Positions 27,376-37,713 of a stretch of DNA of 64,000 nucleotides are shown piece after piece. A program made the translations under genes and the position numbers. The notes under the pieces are model-generated. The model did no database searches. It worked only from the letters and a program-made list of their open reading frames with translations, and had not been told where the DNA came from. Origin of the DNA: Synergistota bacterium (lineage in GTDB: Bacteria > Synergistota > Synergistia > Synergistales > 79-D21); NCBI GenBank assembly GCA_022839995.1, contig JALHIN010000005.1, positions 11,878 through 75,877 on the forward strand, read 5' to 3'. The first letter of the stretch is position 1. Each line of letters starts with the position of its first letter.

Positions 27376-27957
27376 ATGATCGGTCGTTTTTGCGTCAAAA
27401 GAGCCGGCAAGATTCTTTTCGCCGCCGCTTTGGTCCTGGTCCTTTCGGCGGCCTTGGCGGCCGCAGCGGAGTTTTCGGCCGAGATGGTCATCAAGGGCCC
27501 CGACGGGCAGGCGATGAACGGGAAAGTGTTCGTGAAGGGTCAGAAAATCCGGCAGGAGATGCAGCAGAACGGTGAAACGGTGGTCACGATCCTCCGGTTG
27601 GACCGGCGGCTTTCCTGGATTCTCCTGGTAGACGAGAAAGCCTACTTGGAGATGAAGATGAGGGAAAGCTCCGAGGACCCCTCCCTGGTAGAGAAGGCCG
27701 ACCCGGCGAAGGTCAGGCGCCTGGGGAAGGAAACGGTCAACGGCTTCCTCTGCGAGAAGGTCCAGGTCACCGACAATGGGACCGTGGTCACCCAGTGGAT
27801 CTCGGAGGAGCTCGCCTGGCCCATCAAGGGCGAAGTGAAATCTCCCAAGGGGATCTCGTCCCACGAGTACAGGAACATCAGGAAGGGCGGCGTTTCGGAT
27901 TCCCTTTTCGAGATCCCCCAGGGGTTTCAGAAAATGGCCGTGCCCGGGATGCAGTAG
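27376..27957 (+). CDS. secreted hypothetical protein (LolA-like / DUF4412-like by eye)
   Basis: Signal peptide MIGRFCVKRAGKILFAAALVLVLSAALAAAA, a beta-rich body and a C-terminal SLFEIPQGFQKM. Family naming is tentative. Confidence 0.55.
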   Translation: MIGRFCVKRAGKILFAAALVLVLSAALAAAAEFSAEMVIKGPDGQAMNGKVFVKGQKIRQEMQQNGETVVTILRLDRRLSWILLVDEKAYLEMKMRESSEDPSLVEKADPAKVRRLGKETVNGFLCEKVQVTDNGTVVTQWISEELAWPIKGEVKSPKGISSHEYRNIRKGGVSDSLFEIPQGFQKMAVPGMQ

Positions 27958-27965
27958 GGAGAGGC

Positions 27966-29417
27966 CTATCGGCTAGGGGGAATCCACTCCAGGGAGGCTT
28001 GTCCCTCCAGTCGGACCAGGAGTGCGAGCCCGTCCTTCGTGACCGCAACCGAGTCCAGGACGACCTGCCTGGCCGTCCCCCTCAGGGTGAGCCCGCTTCC
28101 GATTTCCTGCTTTTCCAGGAACCTGCCCAGTGTTCTTGAGGCCTCGGCCGCCGGCCCGGAAAGGGGAAAGACGGCAGCTTGCCGGAGGGTTTCAAGCAGA
28201 AGGGGCCGTCCGATCCAGGCGGCTGCCCGGACGAGCCCTGCCGCGGTCCCCTTGTCGAAATCGACGGAATCCAGCCGGATAACCTGCCGCTTGGCATCCC
28301 AGGCCGGCATCCCGAGGATGTAGACCGTTCCCGCCCGGCGGGAGGAGAAGATCCCGGCGCCCTCCAGCGCCTCTATATCCACTGCAAAGACCAGCCGGTT
28401 GCCGTTTGCCGAAACCGAAACCTTCCCGATCCTGAGTCTCCTCCCCTCCCCCATGGAAAGGGAACGGTTCGAGACCTCCTGTTCGAGCCTGCGGTTGAGA
28501 GCGTCGTAGCCGAGAAAGACGGGGAGCTCGATCGCGAATCCGGACCGGGTTTTCCCCGAAGCGGAGGTCGCGGCGGGGGGCAGGGGGACCGCCCTCGGGG
28601 GTTCGGGTTTGAGCGTCGAGAGGGTCAATCGGGCTTCAAGCCCCGCTTCCAAAAGGGCCCGTTCCGGGCCGATCCGAACGGGGGGCAGACTGACCGAAAG
28701 CGGGTGGACGGTCAGCCACAAATCCGGCGAGGCTGAGACGAGCCTGGGTTGCTGGATCTCCCGCCAGAATTCCTCCGCCCGTTCCCTGAGCTTCAGGGAT
28801 TCGTTGAGGGCCGCGTCGATCCTTGGGAGGGCTTCCTCGATCCGGGCCCTCAGAAACTCGTCTGCGGCCCCCTGGAAGGTTACCCGGACCCCGAGGAGGG
28901 TCGCGGTCGGCGGGCGGCGCCATTTCACGTGGATGCGCGCCTGGGTTTGGACTTTCCAGTCGGAGGTCACCGAAGGCCTTGCCGAGATCTCGACGGTGGC
29001 CGCTCCTTCCGCGGAAAGGGAGACGGGCACGGAGAGCCCCAGGGCGGTTGCCGAGCCGTTCAGGCGGGCCTTGAAGGCGATGGGCACCGAAAGGACGAGA
29101 CGGTCGCCGTCGAGATGGACGTCGGGATCCCCGTCCCTTCGGACGAGGTAGGTCCCGCGCCCATCGAAGAGGCTCTCCCTTACCGGGCTGGCCCCGCTGA
29201 TCTCCTCGGGCAGCCTGGCTTGGGCAAGGGTTTCCAGCTCCCCCACCGAAACCGAAAAGGGAACGGAAAGGGTGGACACCGGGGGTTCGGGCAGCGGGTT
29301 TGCCGGTATCGGCACCGGCGGAGTCACGCCGAGAGGCTTGCTTCCGAAGGAAAAGAACCAGGCTCCCCCGGCGGCAGCTGCCAGGAAAAGGATAAGCAGG
29401 ACGAATCCCTTGCGCAT
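27966..29417 (-). CDS. membrane-anchored or secreted hypothetical protein (possibly DUF4403-like)
   Basis: 483-aa ORF with an N-terminal anchor MRKGFVLLILFLAAAAGGAWFF and good coding character. No catalytic motif recognised. Confidence 0.55.
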   Translation of the reverse strand: MRKGFVLLILFLAAAAGGAWFFSFGSKPLGVTPPVPIPANPLPEPPVSTLSVPFSVSVGELETLAQARLPEEISGASPVRESLFDGRGTYLVRRDGDPDVHLDGDRLVLSVPIAFKARLNGSATALGLSVPVSLSAEGAATVEISARPSVTSDWKVQTQARIHVKWRRPPTATLLGVRVTFQGAADEFLRARIEEALPRIDAALNESLKLRERAEEFWREIQQPRLVSASPDLWLTVHPLSVSLPPVRIGPERALLEAGLEARLTLSTLKPEPPRAVPLPPAATSASGKTRSGFAIELPVFLGYDALNRRLEQEVSNRSLSMGEGRRLRIGKVSVSANGNRLVFAVDIEALEGAGIFSSRRAGTVYILGMPAWDAKRQVIRLDSVDFDKGTAAGLVRAAAWIGRPLLLETLRQAAVFPLSGPAAEASRTLGRFLEKQEIGSGLTLRGTARQVVLDSVAVTKDGLALLVRLEGQASLEWIPPSR

Positions 29418-29548
29418 GAACCTTCCCTCCTCGACCTCATTTTATCCCGAAAGAAGACAGGATCCGGAAAAAGCGCGATACAATAGGCAAATGAAAACAA
29501 CCCCGGCGAGAGCCGGGTCAGACCGCGAAAAGAAAGGGTGGTTGCAGG

Positions 29549-30811
29549 ATGAGCCGGATTTGCGACGTGAGCGCCATGGAAATCCTGGATTCGAGGGGCA
29601 ATCCCACGATTCGGGTGTTCGTGGAGCTGGACAGCGGAGCGAGGGTAAGCGCGTCCGTTCCCTCGGGAGCCTCGACCGGCGAGAACGAGGCCGTCGAACT
29701 CCGTGACGGGGACAAGGGGCGTTTCGGGGGAAAGGGCGTTCTGAAGGCCGTCACGAACGTCAACGAGATCCTTGGGCCGGCCCTTCTCGGGATGGATCCG
29801 ACGCGGCAGGGGCAGATCGACCGAATGATGATCGAGATGGACGGGACGCCCAACAAGGCCAAGCTGGGAGCCAACGCAATCCTCGGCGTTTCGATGGCCG
29901 TGGCCCGGGCTGCGGCGATGGACTGCGGATTGCCCCTCTATGCCTACCTCGGAGGTTGCGGGGCCCGGCGCCTTCCCGTCCCGATGATGAACGTCATCAA
30001 TGGCGGCAAGCACGCCGAAAACAGCGTCGACCTCCAGGAGTTCATGCTCTTCCCGGTGGGTGCCCCGACGTTCGCGGAGGCCCTGAGGTACGGCGCGGAA
30101 ACCTTCCATGCCCTGAAGGGCATCCTGAAAAAGCACGGGTATTCGGTGGGCGTGGGCGACGAGGGTGGGTTCGCCCCCAACCTGAAGAGCAACGAAGAGG
30201 CGGTCGAGCTGATGGTCAAGGCGATCGAGGCCGCCGGCTTCGAACCCGGCCGGCAAGTGGCCATCGCCCTGGATCCCGCCGCGAGCTCCTTCTGGGAGGA
30301 CGGTTCCTACAACCTGGCAAAGTCGGGGCAGGGGCGGCGGACTTCCGATGAGATGGTGGACATGTACGCCGAATGGGTGGACAAGTACCCCATCCTCAGC
30401 ATCGAGGACGGGCACGCGGAGGACGACTGGAAAGGCTTTGCGGCCCTCACGAAAAGGATCGGCGACCGGGTCCAGATCGTGGGTGACGACATCTTTGTCA
30501 CGAACACCCGGTTCATCGCCCGGGGCATCGAGGAGAAATCGGCCAACGCGGTCCTGATCAAGCTCAACCAGATCGGTACGGTCACCGAAAGCATCGAGGC
30601 CATCGAGATGGCCCGCAAGGCCGGTTGGGGATACGTCATCTCCCATCGCTCCGGGGAGACGGAAGACACATTCATGGCCGATTTCGCCGTGGCCATGGGC
30701 GGGGGGCAGATCAAGACGGGTTCCGCCTGCCGCAGCGAACGGATCGCAAAGTACAACCGCCTCCTGGAGATCGAGGCGGAACTGGACGACGCGGCGGTTT
30801 TCGGGCGATAG
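29549..30811 (+). CDS. eno: enolase (phosphopyruvate hydratase)
   Basis: [33 protein letters not shown] and [11 protein letters not shown] motifs. Confidence 0.95.
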   Translation: MSRICDVSAMEILDSRGNPTIRVFVELDSGARVSASVPSGASTGENEAVELRDGDKGRFGGKGVLKAVTNVNEILGPALLGMDPTRQGQIDRMMIEMDGTPNKAKLGANAILGVSMAVARAAAMDCGLPLYAYLGGCGARRLPVPMMNVINGGKHAENSVDLQEFMLFPVGAPTFAEALRYGAETFHALKGILKKHGYSVGVGDEGGFAPNLKSNEEAVELMVKAIEAAGFEPGRQVAIALDPAASSFWEDGSYNLAKSGQGRRTSDEMVDMYAEWVDKYPILSIEDGHAEDDWKGFAALTKRIGDRVQIVGDDIFVTNTRFIARGIEEKSANAVLIKLNQIGTVTESIEAIEMARKAGWGYVISHRSGETEDTFMADFAVAMGGGQIKTGSACRSERIAKYNRLLEIEAELDDAAVFGR

Positions 30812-30837
30812 CCCGCGGGAGGCCGAAAAATCCGAGA

Positions 30838-30873
30838 GAGGGCCGGCGGAAAATTCCGCCGGCCCTCTTTTTT
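30838..30873 (+). terminator. rho-independent terminator after eno
   Basis: gagggccggcgg-aaaattc-cgccggccctc followed by TTTTTT. Confidence 0.8.
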
Positions 30874-30876
30874 CTA

Positions 30877-30905
30877 TTGCAAAGTAAAAAGTCATACTTT
30901 ATACT
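30877..30905 (+). promoter_or_regulatory. promoter of the merR-RND operon with an inverted repeat in the spacer
   Basis: TTGCAA (30877-30882), 17-nt spacer, TATACT (30900-30905). Inverted repeat AAAGTA-n8-TACTTT (30881-30900) sits between the -35 and -10, the classical MerR-family operator position. Confidence 0.6.
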
Positions 30906-30948
30906 TGCCCACACTTGAACCTACAGCCGGTGACGGGGAGTGACCGCG

Positions 30949-31683
30949 ATGCCTCGCGAAAAGGCCCGAAAAGGGTTGAAAATGAAGGAGCTGGAGGAGA
31001 TGACGGGAGAAAGCCGGGGAACGATCCTCTACTGGATTTCCCAGGGGCTGCTGCCGGCTCCGCTCAAGACGAGCGCGAACATGTCCTGGTACGACCCCAG
31101 GTACCCGAAGCTCATCGAAGCCATCCGACTCCTGCAGAAGCGGATGAACTACTCCATTTCGGATATCCGGGCGTACGTGGAACAGAAGGGAGGGCCCCTG
31201 GGCCTCCTTTCGGCACGGGAACAGATCGACGATTTCCTCTTCGGGGGAACGAGCCCGACGATGGTCCGCATGGGCCGGGAAGAGCTGCTCGAGTCCGCAG
31301 GAATCGACTCCGAAACCCTGGACCGCATGCTGGAACTGGGGATCCTTCGGCCGGAATCCCCCGGGGAGTTCGACGAGGGGGACCTGAACGCAGCCTTGAA
31401 AGTGAAGTCTTTGGTGTCCCTCGGCATTCCCCTGGAGGACCTTGCCTTTTACGGGAAAACTGCCGACACCGTGGCCCGGCTGGAAGCGGAAATGGTCCGA
31501 AGGGAATGGAAGGCGGCTCCCCCGGAAGAGCCCGAGGAGGCCAGGCAGAAAGCGCAGAGGGAATTGAGCTTTGCGAGACAGTATTACTTCGGAAGGGCTT
31601 TTCGCAGGGAGATCGAGAAGGTCGTGCATGCGTTCGGAAAGCCGCCGCTGGAGGCGGCGCGGAGAGGAGGGCAGGGACAATGA
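30949..31683 (+). CDS. MerR-family transcriptional regulator with a long C-terminal domain
   Basis: HTH MKELEEMTGESRGTILYWISQGLLP. Start choice lies between 30940 (GTG), 30949 (ATG, GGGGAG SD) and 30982. The stop overlaps the tolC-like ATG. Confidence 0.75.
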   Translation: MPREKARKGLKMKELEEMTGESRGTILYWISQGLLPAPLKTSANMSWYDPRYPKLIEAIRLLQKRMNYSISDIRAYVEQKGGPLGLLSAREQIDDFLFGGTSPTMVRMGREELLESAGIDSETLDRMLELGILRPESPGEFDEGDLNAALKVKSLVSLGIPLEDLAFYGKTADTVARLEAEMVRREWKAAPPEEPEEARQKAQRELSFARQYYFGRAFRREIEKVVHAFGKPPLEAARRGGQGQ

Positions 31684-32978
31684 AGCGGCTTTTTCCGTTC
31701 CGGGTCATCGTCGTTCTTGGAGCGTTGCTGGCGGCGCCCTTTCCGTCCTTGGGCGCGACAATGCTCGACAGCGGGGGATACCTGGCGCTGGTGGCGGAAA
31801 AAAATCCCGAGCTGGCGGCGTCGGCCTCGCGAGTCGAGGCTTTATACCGGATCGTGGAAGTGGTGACCGGCTCGACGCGGCCTCGCTTGGGGCTGGTGGC
31901 CGCTACCGCCAGGACCCTCCGGGAGGGCGAGGGGGAAAGCACCCTATCCCTGAGCCTGGGAAAACGGCTGGATCTTTGGGGGCTTGACGCGCTCAAAATC
32001 CGCCAGGCGGAACTGGCCGCCCAGCTCCAGGAAGCCCGGCATGCGGAATTTGCCGCATCCCTGATGCGGGAAGCCGAGACGGCCTACTGGAACGCCGCTG
32101 CCGGGAAGAGCACGGCGGCTCTCTATTCTTCGCTGCTGGCCCAGCGGGAAGAGGACCTTCGGGTGGCCCGCCTTCGGTTCGAGCAGGGAACTGCAGCGAA
32201 GCTGGACGTGTTTCGTGCGGAGGTCCAGGTGGAAAAGACCCGGGCGGCAAAAACCGAAGCGGAAGCGGCCCTGCGGGATGCCCTCTCCCTGATGGCCCGA
32301 CTTGCGGGAGGAGAGCAGGTCGAGCCCTCCGAGGCCCCTTCCCGGTTCGACACCGCCCTTTCCGCGGACCTGGATGCAGCCTGGAAGGCCCGGCCCGAGG
32401 CACGAAGTGCGGCTCTCGAAAAGGAGGCGGCCGCCGTTTCGACCCGGATTGCCTCTCTCGGCATGCATCCCGTCCTGGATGCGTCCCTTGCCTCGACGCT
32501 CCTCTCCGACTCAAGGAACGCAGTGCCTCCCGAGTCCGACCTGCTGCTTTCCTTCCGGCTGGAGCTGCCGCTTTATGACGGAGGCCAGGTCCGTTCCGAG
32601 AAGGAATCGAAGAAGTTTCTTGAAAAGTCCGCGTCCTACGAAGAAGCGGCCTTGCGGGCGAAGGTCGCCATGGAACTGGAACAGGCTTCGAGCCGGCTGG
32701 TGAAGGCCCAGGCTCTGGAGAAAAGCCGGAAGAAGGAGGCCGAGCTGGCTTCCGAGGAGCTGCGGATCACGCGGCTCAGGTACAGGACGGGGGTCGGGTC
32801 CCAGCTGGAGCTTCTCGATGCCCAGGTGCGGGAACAGGCCGCAAGGACGGCCTACCTGGACGCCCTGCGGGAAATGGCCGTCGCCCGGGCGGAGCTCTCC
32901 TACGCCCTCGGCCTGAGTGTCCCTCCCCGGGCGGGAACCGGGGAAAGACCGGCCGGAAAGGAGTATCCGAGCCCATGA
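31680..32978 (+). CDS. TolC-family outer membrane efflux protein
   Basis: Signal peptide MKRLFPFRVIVVLGALLAAPFPSLGA, with two repeated coiled-coil/beta halves typical of the OEP family. The track start at 30915 is spurious. Confidence 0.85.
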   Translation: MKRLFPFRVIVVLGALLAAPFPSLGATMLDSGGYLALVAEKNPELAASASRVEALYRIVEVVTGSTRPRLGLVAATARTLREGEGESTLSLSLGKRLDLWGLDALKIRQAELAAQLQEARHAEFAASLMREAETAYWNAAAGKSTAALYSSLLAQREEDLRVARLRFEQGTAAKLDVFRAEVQVEKTRAAKTEAEAALRDALSLMARLAGGEQVEPSEAPSRFDTALSADLDAAWKARPEARSAALEKEAAAVSTRIASLGMHPVLDASLASTLLSDSRNAVPPESDLLLSFRLELPLYDGGQVRSEKESKKFLEKSASYEEAALRAKVAMELEQASSRLVKAQALEKSRKKEAELASEELRITRLRYRTGVGSQLELLDAQVREQAARTAYLDALREMAVARAELSYALGLSVPPRAGTGERPAGKEYPSP

Positions 32979-34078
32979 GAACGCTGAAGGAACTGGTGAA
33001 GGACCGGAAAACCCTGGCCTGGATGATCATCGCGGGTCTTGCCCTGGGGGTCCTGGTTTTCCGCATCGCTTTCCCCCAAAAGAAGGCTCCGGCCGTATCG
33101 GTTTCCGCGATCCGCGCGGAGAAGGGCCTCCCCGTCACGATCCTGGTCGCGGAATCCAGGGCCCTGGATATCCGCCGCAGCTACTATGGACAGGTCCGAT
33201 CGGCAAGGATCCAGGAGGTGACGGCTTTCCTCCGGGAAATCGTCGATTCCGTCCGGGTCGAAGTGGGCGACCGAGTCCGCGCGGGAGAGATCCTGGCCGT
33301 GCTTTCCGGAGGGGAACAGGCCGCAGCGGCCGCGGCTGACCGCGCTTCCGTAGAGGAAGCCAGGAAAGACGTCGAGCGGATGAAGGTCCTCTTTCGGGAG
33401 GGCGCCGTCTCCAGGGCCGAGCTGGATCAGGCCGTGGTGCGTCTCAAGGGGCTCGAGGCGTCTCTTTCGGCCTCCAGCAACCGGTCTGCGCGGACGGTCG
33501 TTCGGGCAAAGATCGACGGGGTGGTGACCGAAAGGCATGCCGAAGCGGGCGAGATCGCCGAACCCGGAAGGGTCCTGCTTGTCGTCCAGGACACGGCGGA
33601 ACTCGAGATCGAGGTGCTCCTTCCCCAGGCCGACCGGCTGTACATCGTCGGGGGGACGGACGTGGAGGTCCCCCTGGAGGACCGGATCGTCCGGGGAAGC
33701 GTGAAACGCCTGGATCCGGCGGCGGATCCCAGGACAGGTTTGTTCAGGGCCATCATCGCAATGCCTCCCGACCGGGCGCTTTTGCCCGGCTCCACGGTTG
33801 AAGCCAGGATCCTGGTCAAGCGGAGCCTGGGAGGGGTCGTCCTGCCGTCGGGGATTGTCCAGAGAGAAGGGGACGAGAGTTTCGTCTACGTGGTTTCCGG
33901 TGATGTCGTCCAGCGGCGGGTCGTGAGTCTCGGCGAAGGGGCGGACGGGCTGATCGAGATCCGGTCCGGGCTGAAACCCGGGGAAACCATCGTGGCCGAG
34001 GGATCCTCGGCCCTTTATGACGGGGCCCGGGTCTGGATCCAGGAGGACGGGCCCGCCTCGGGCGAGGCAACCCCATGA
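32975..34078 (+). CDS. efflux RND transporter periplasmic adaptor subunit (MFP/HlyD family)
   Basis: N-terminal anchor, lipoyl-like motif (VGDRVRAGEILAVL), coiled coil and beta-barrel domains. Overlapping start/stop with its neighbours. Confidence 0.9.
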   Translation: MRTLKELVKDRKTLAWMIIAGLALGVLVFRIAFPQKKAPAVSVSAIRAEKGLPVTILVAESRALDIRRSYYGQVRSARIQEVTAFLREIVDSVRVEVGDRVRAGEILAVLSGGEQAAAAAADRASVEEARKDVERMKVLFREGAVSRAELDQAVVRLKGLEASLSASSNRSARTVVRAKIDGVVTERHAEAGEIAEPGRVLLVVQDTAELEIEVLLPQADRLYIVGGTDVEVPLEDRIVRGSVKRLDPAADPRTGLFRAIIAMPPDRALLPGSTVEARILVKRSLGGVVLPSGIVQREGDESFVYVVSGDVVQRRVVSLGEGADGLIEIRSGLKPGETIVAEGSSALYDGARVWIQEDGPASGEATP

Positions 34079-37000
34079 ACCTGATCCGCTTCTGCGTCCG
34101 AAGGCCGGTCTTCACCTGGGTTACGGTCATCCTGGCCGCCCTTTTGGGGCTGTACGGCTTCTTCAAGCTGGGCGTGGCCCTCTACCCGAAGGTGGATATC
34201 CCGGTCATCGTCATCTCGGCGACGTACCGGGGAGCGAGCCCCTCCGAGATCGAGTCTTTGGTCAGCAAACCCCTGGAGGATGCGGTCTCGGAGGTGGACG
34301 GGGTCGACAAGATCGAAAGCTACTCCATCGAAGGCGTTTCCTTCGTGGTCGCCGAAATGAAGCTCGACGTGAACCTCTCGGAAGCCGTGGTGGACGTCTC
34401 CAACCGGATCAAGGCGGCCCGGTCGAAACTGCCTTCCGAGGTGGACGACCCCGTGGTTGAAAAGGTGGACATCAACGCGGAACCGTTCATGGTGGCCGTC
34501 TTTACCACCGACATGGACGGGAAGAAGGCCCGCGACATCCTGGAAGACAAGGTCAAGAGGCGCCTTACCCGGGTTGAAGGGATCGCCCAGGTGGCGCTGG
34601 TCGGCGGCGAGGAGCGGGAAATCCATGTCCTCCTGAATCCCGTTGCCGTGAAGAATTTCAACCTCTCCCCCGTCATGGTGGCTTCCATCGTGAGGGCCAA
34701 CAATCTGACGAACCCTGCGGGGTACATTGCCCAGGAGAACCAGGAAATCACCCTTCGGTACAAGGGAGAGGCTCCCGATGTCCGGGCCCTCGGAGAAATC
34801 CAGATCCCGCTGGGTGACGGGGCTTCCGTCCGGCTTCAGGACGTGGCCCGAATAGAGGACGGGGCTAAGGACCTGAGGGAGTTTGCGAGGTTTGACGGAA
34901 AACCTGCCTTTCAGCTGCAAATCAAGGCAAGGCCGAACGCGAACATCGTCGAGGTTGGACGGGGTGTCCGGAAGGAACTGGAAAGGATCCTCCCGACCCT
35001 GCCGAAGGGGTTCCGACTCGACATTCCCTACGACAACTCGAAGTTCGTCTCGAACTCAGTCCGGAACGTCATCCGCGACATGATCACGGGGACGCTTCTC
35101 ACGGCCTTGGTCCTTTACCTTTTTCTCCGCCGGCTTTCCGCCACCGCGGTCGTTGCCATCGCGATGCCGACCGCGGTCCTCGCGACCTTCATTCCCATGA
35201 TGATCCAGGGGTATACCCTGAACATGATGAGCACCCTGGGACTTGCTCTCTCCATGGGGGTGCTGGTGAACAACTCGATCCTGGTCCTGGAAAACATCAC
35301 GCGGTTCCGGGACTTGGGCTTCGAACCGATCGAAGCCGCGGAAAGGGGAACCGCAGAAATCTCCCTTTCCGTTTTGGCCACGACGGGGACGAACCTCGGG
35401 GTTTTCCTGCCCGTGGCATTCCTGCCGGGAGTGGCGGGGCAATTCCTGGTCCAGTACGCCATGGTCATCGTTTATGCCACGCTTTTCTCCCTCTGGGTTT
35501 CCCTGACCCTGACCCCGATGCTGGCTGCCCGGATGTCCCAGGCACCCCCTACCCCTCTTTCCTGCCGCCTCTGCGGCTGGTGGGAGTGGCTTTACGAAGG
35601 GCTCGAAAACCTGCACCACCGGCTGGTGGCCGCTGCAGTGGGGCGTCCCTGGAGAACCCTCCTGGTCACGGCGGGTGTCCTGGTCCTGGTTTTTGCCCTC
35701 GCCCCCCGGCTGGGATCCGAGTTTTTCCCAAGGGTGGATGAAGGGGTCGTGAGCATCAGCGTCGAGCTTCCTGCCGAAAGTTCCCTTGCCAGGACGGAGC
35801 GTACCGTCAGGAGGATCGAAAAATTCGTGCTGGAGCAGCCCCACGTGAAAGACGTGGTAGTTTCCGTGGGCGGGAGCGGAGCGAGGACCGGAGTGAACCT
35901 GGGAAGCGTGGAAGCCTACCTGGACGACGACCCGAAACGGCCTTCCACGTTCGAGTTCGCGGACCGTATCCGGCCTTTCCTGGCTTCTCTTCCGGATGCC
36001 ACGCTGAGCGTCCAGGCCGTCAAGACGAGTTTTTCCCGGGGCAAGCCTCTCCAGATCGTCGTTACTGGAGAGGACACGGACACCCTCAGCCAGGTCGCGG
36101 GAGAGGTCATGAAGAGGATCCGATCGGTGCCCGGGGTCGTCGACGTAGACCTAGACTGGCGGATCGGGAGGCCCGAACTCGCCATGGACCCGATCCGCTG
36201 GCGCATGGGACGCCTCGGAGCCGACGCGGCTTCCGTTTCCTCGAACGTCCGTGGGTACATCACCGGCTTGGAGGCAGGCAAGTACCGGGAAGGCGGCCTG
36301 GAATACGACATCCTGGTGAAAATGGAGCCGGAGAGAACGAAAAGCGTTTTTTCGGCCCCGGACCTTCCGGTCATGACGGCCCTGGGATCCGTTCCCCTGA
36401 AGGAGTTGACCCGCTTCTCCTACGAGGCCGGGCCGACCCGGATCGTGCGCAAGGACCGGATCCGTTCGGTGACCGTCGAAGCCGACGTAGTGGGCCGAAC
36501 GGTCGGAGAGGCGTTCCAGGAGATCCGCCAGGGCTTGAAGGAGCTGTCGGTTCCACCCGGGTATTCCGTGAAGTACGAGGGAGACGTGGAAGCGATGCAG
36601 GAAACCTTCAGGGACATGGGGATCGCCTTCGGGCTGGCGGTGGCCATCACGTTCCTCATGATCGCGGCCATCCTCGAATCCTGGGCTTTCGCGTTCATCA
36701 TCATCCTGACGGTTCCCCTGTCGGCCATTGGCGTCATCCCTGCCATGGTCGCGACGAACACGGCGGTGAGCCTATACGCGCTCATGGGGTTGGTCATGCT
36801 GGTCGGCCTGGTGGTCAACAATGCCATCGTCATCGTGGATTTCGCCGAAGGCCTGCGGAGGTCGGGGGAAAAGGCCGCCGAGGCCATCGTCGAAGCCTGC
36901 CGGGTGCGGTTCCGGTCCATCCTGATGGCCGACCTGACCTCGATTTTCGCCATGATCCCGCTGGCGCTGGGGATGGGCGAAGGGGGGGCCTTGCGGGCCC

Positions 37001-37170
37001 CGATGGCGGTCGTGGCGATCGGCGGGCTTTTTGCCGGGGGTGGCCTGGCGCTTTTCGTCATCCCTCCCGTTTACCGGCTTTTCTGGGAGAGGCGCGAGAA
37101 AATGCCGGTCCAGCGCAGGGGTCGTTGGAGGGAAGTCCTCTTGGCTTTCCTCCGGCGTCCTAGGGATTGA
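34075..37170 (+). CDS. RND efflux permease (AcrB/AcrD/AcrF family)
   Basis: 1031 aa with 12 TM helices, two large periplasmic loops and an AcrB-like sequence. Confidence 0.95.
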   Translation: MNLIRFCVRRPVFTWVTVILAALLGLYGFFKLGVALYPKVDIPVIVISATYRGASPSEIESLVSKPLEDAVSEVDGVDKIESYSIEGVSFVVAEMKLDVNLSEAVVDVSNRIKAARSKLPSEVDDPVVEKVDINAEPFMVAVFTTDMDGKKARDILEDKVKRRLTRVEGIAQVALVGGEEREIHVLLNPVAVKNFNLSPVMVASIVRANNLTNPAGYIAQENQEITLRYKGEAPDVRALGEIQIPLGDGASVRLQDVARIEDGAKDLREFARFDGKPAFQLQIKARPNANIVEVGRGVRKELERILPTLPKGFRLDIPYDNSKFVSNSVRNVIRDMITGTLLTALVLYLFLRRLSATAVVAIAMPTAVLATFIPMMIQGYTLNMMSTLGLALSMGVLVNNSILVLENITRFRDLGFEPIEAAERGTAEISLSVLATTGTNLGVFLPVAFLPGVAGQFLVQYAMVIVYATLFSLWVSLTLTPMLAARMSQAPPTPLSCRLCGWWEWLYEGLENLHHRLVAAAVGRPWRTLLVTAGVLVLVFALAPRLGSEFFPRVDEGVVSISVELPAESSLARTERTVRRIEKFVLEQPHVKDVVVSVGGSGARTGVNLGSVEAYLDDDPKRPSTFEFADRIRPFLASLPDATLSVQAVKTSFSRGKPLQIVVTGEDTDTLSQVAGEVMKRIRSVPGVVDVDLDWRIGRPELAMDPIRWRMGRLGADAASVSSNVRGYITGLEAGKYREGGLEYDILVKMEPERTKSVFSAPDLPVMTALGSVPLKELTRFSYEAGPTRIVRKDRIRSVTVEADVVGRTVGEAFQEIRQGLKELSVPPGYSVKYEGDVEAMQETFRDMGIAFGLAVAITFLMIAAILESWAFAFIIILTVPLSAIGVIPAMVATNTAVSLYALMGLVMLVGLVVNNAIVIVDFAEGLRRSGEKAAEAIVEACRVRFRSILMADLTSIFAMIPLALGMGEGGALRAPMAVVAIGGLFAGGGLALFVIPPVYRLFWERREKMPVQRRGRWREVLLAFLRRPRD

Positions 37171-37642
37171 GCCGCCAAATCGCGGCATTGAGGATCGCGG
37201 CGAAAGCCACCCAGGCCAGGTAGGGTGTCATCAGCCAGGCCGCAGCAGGGGAAATCGGCCTGAAGACGACGATCGTGGCCGCTATGGCGGCCAACAGCGC
37301 CACGATGTCCACAAGGGCCAGCAGGGGAGATTTCAGCCCGAAAAAGAGGACAGACCACAGGGCGTTCAAGACGAGCTGCAGGAAAAACAACGAAAGGGCG
37401 GCCCGTACGGAGGGACTGGAAAGGCTGCCCCGTTTCCACACCAGCCAGGCGGCGATTCCCATCAGAGTGTAGAGAAAAGTCCAAACCGGGCCGAAAACCC
37501 ATCCTGGCGGGTTGAAGGAAGGTTTAACCAGGCCAGGGTACCAGGATTGAAGGCCTGAGGCGGTAAAGAGCGATCCGAACATCCCGGCGGCCTGGCAGAT
37601 CAGGATGCAGGCCGCGAGGCGCAGGAAATCCGAGCGGTTCAT
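37160..37642 (-). CDS. tspO: TspO/MBR tryptophan-rich sensory protein
   Basis: 160 aa, 5 TM helices, Trp-rich motifs (WYPGLVKPSFNPPGWVFGPVWTFLY, WSVLFFG). Its 3' end overlaps the RND gene by 11 nt (convergent). Confidence 0.85.
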   Translation of the reverse strand: MNRSDFLRLAACILICQAAGMFGSLFTASGLQSWYPGLVKPSFNPPGWVFGPVWTFLYTLMGIAAWLVWKRGSLSSPSVRAALSLFFLQLVLNALWSVLFFGLKSPLLALVDIVALLAAIAATIVVFRPISPAAAWLMTPYLAWVAFAAILNAAIWRLNP

Positions 37643-37713
37643 GGGATGTCACCCCTCCCTCGAAGGAATGTTTTAAAATAATATCATACGAAAAAACAAG
37701 AACGGACGGGGGG

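Noticed and set aside
29324-30895. 523-aa minus-strand ORF.
   Set aside because: Antisense to enolase, which is unambiguous on the plus strand.
37160-37170. 11-nt convergent overlap of the RND permease and tspO 3' ends.
   Set aside because: This is common in compact genomes, and there is no evidence of functional significance.
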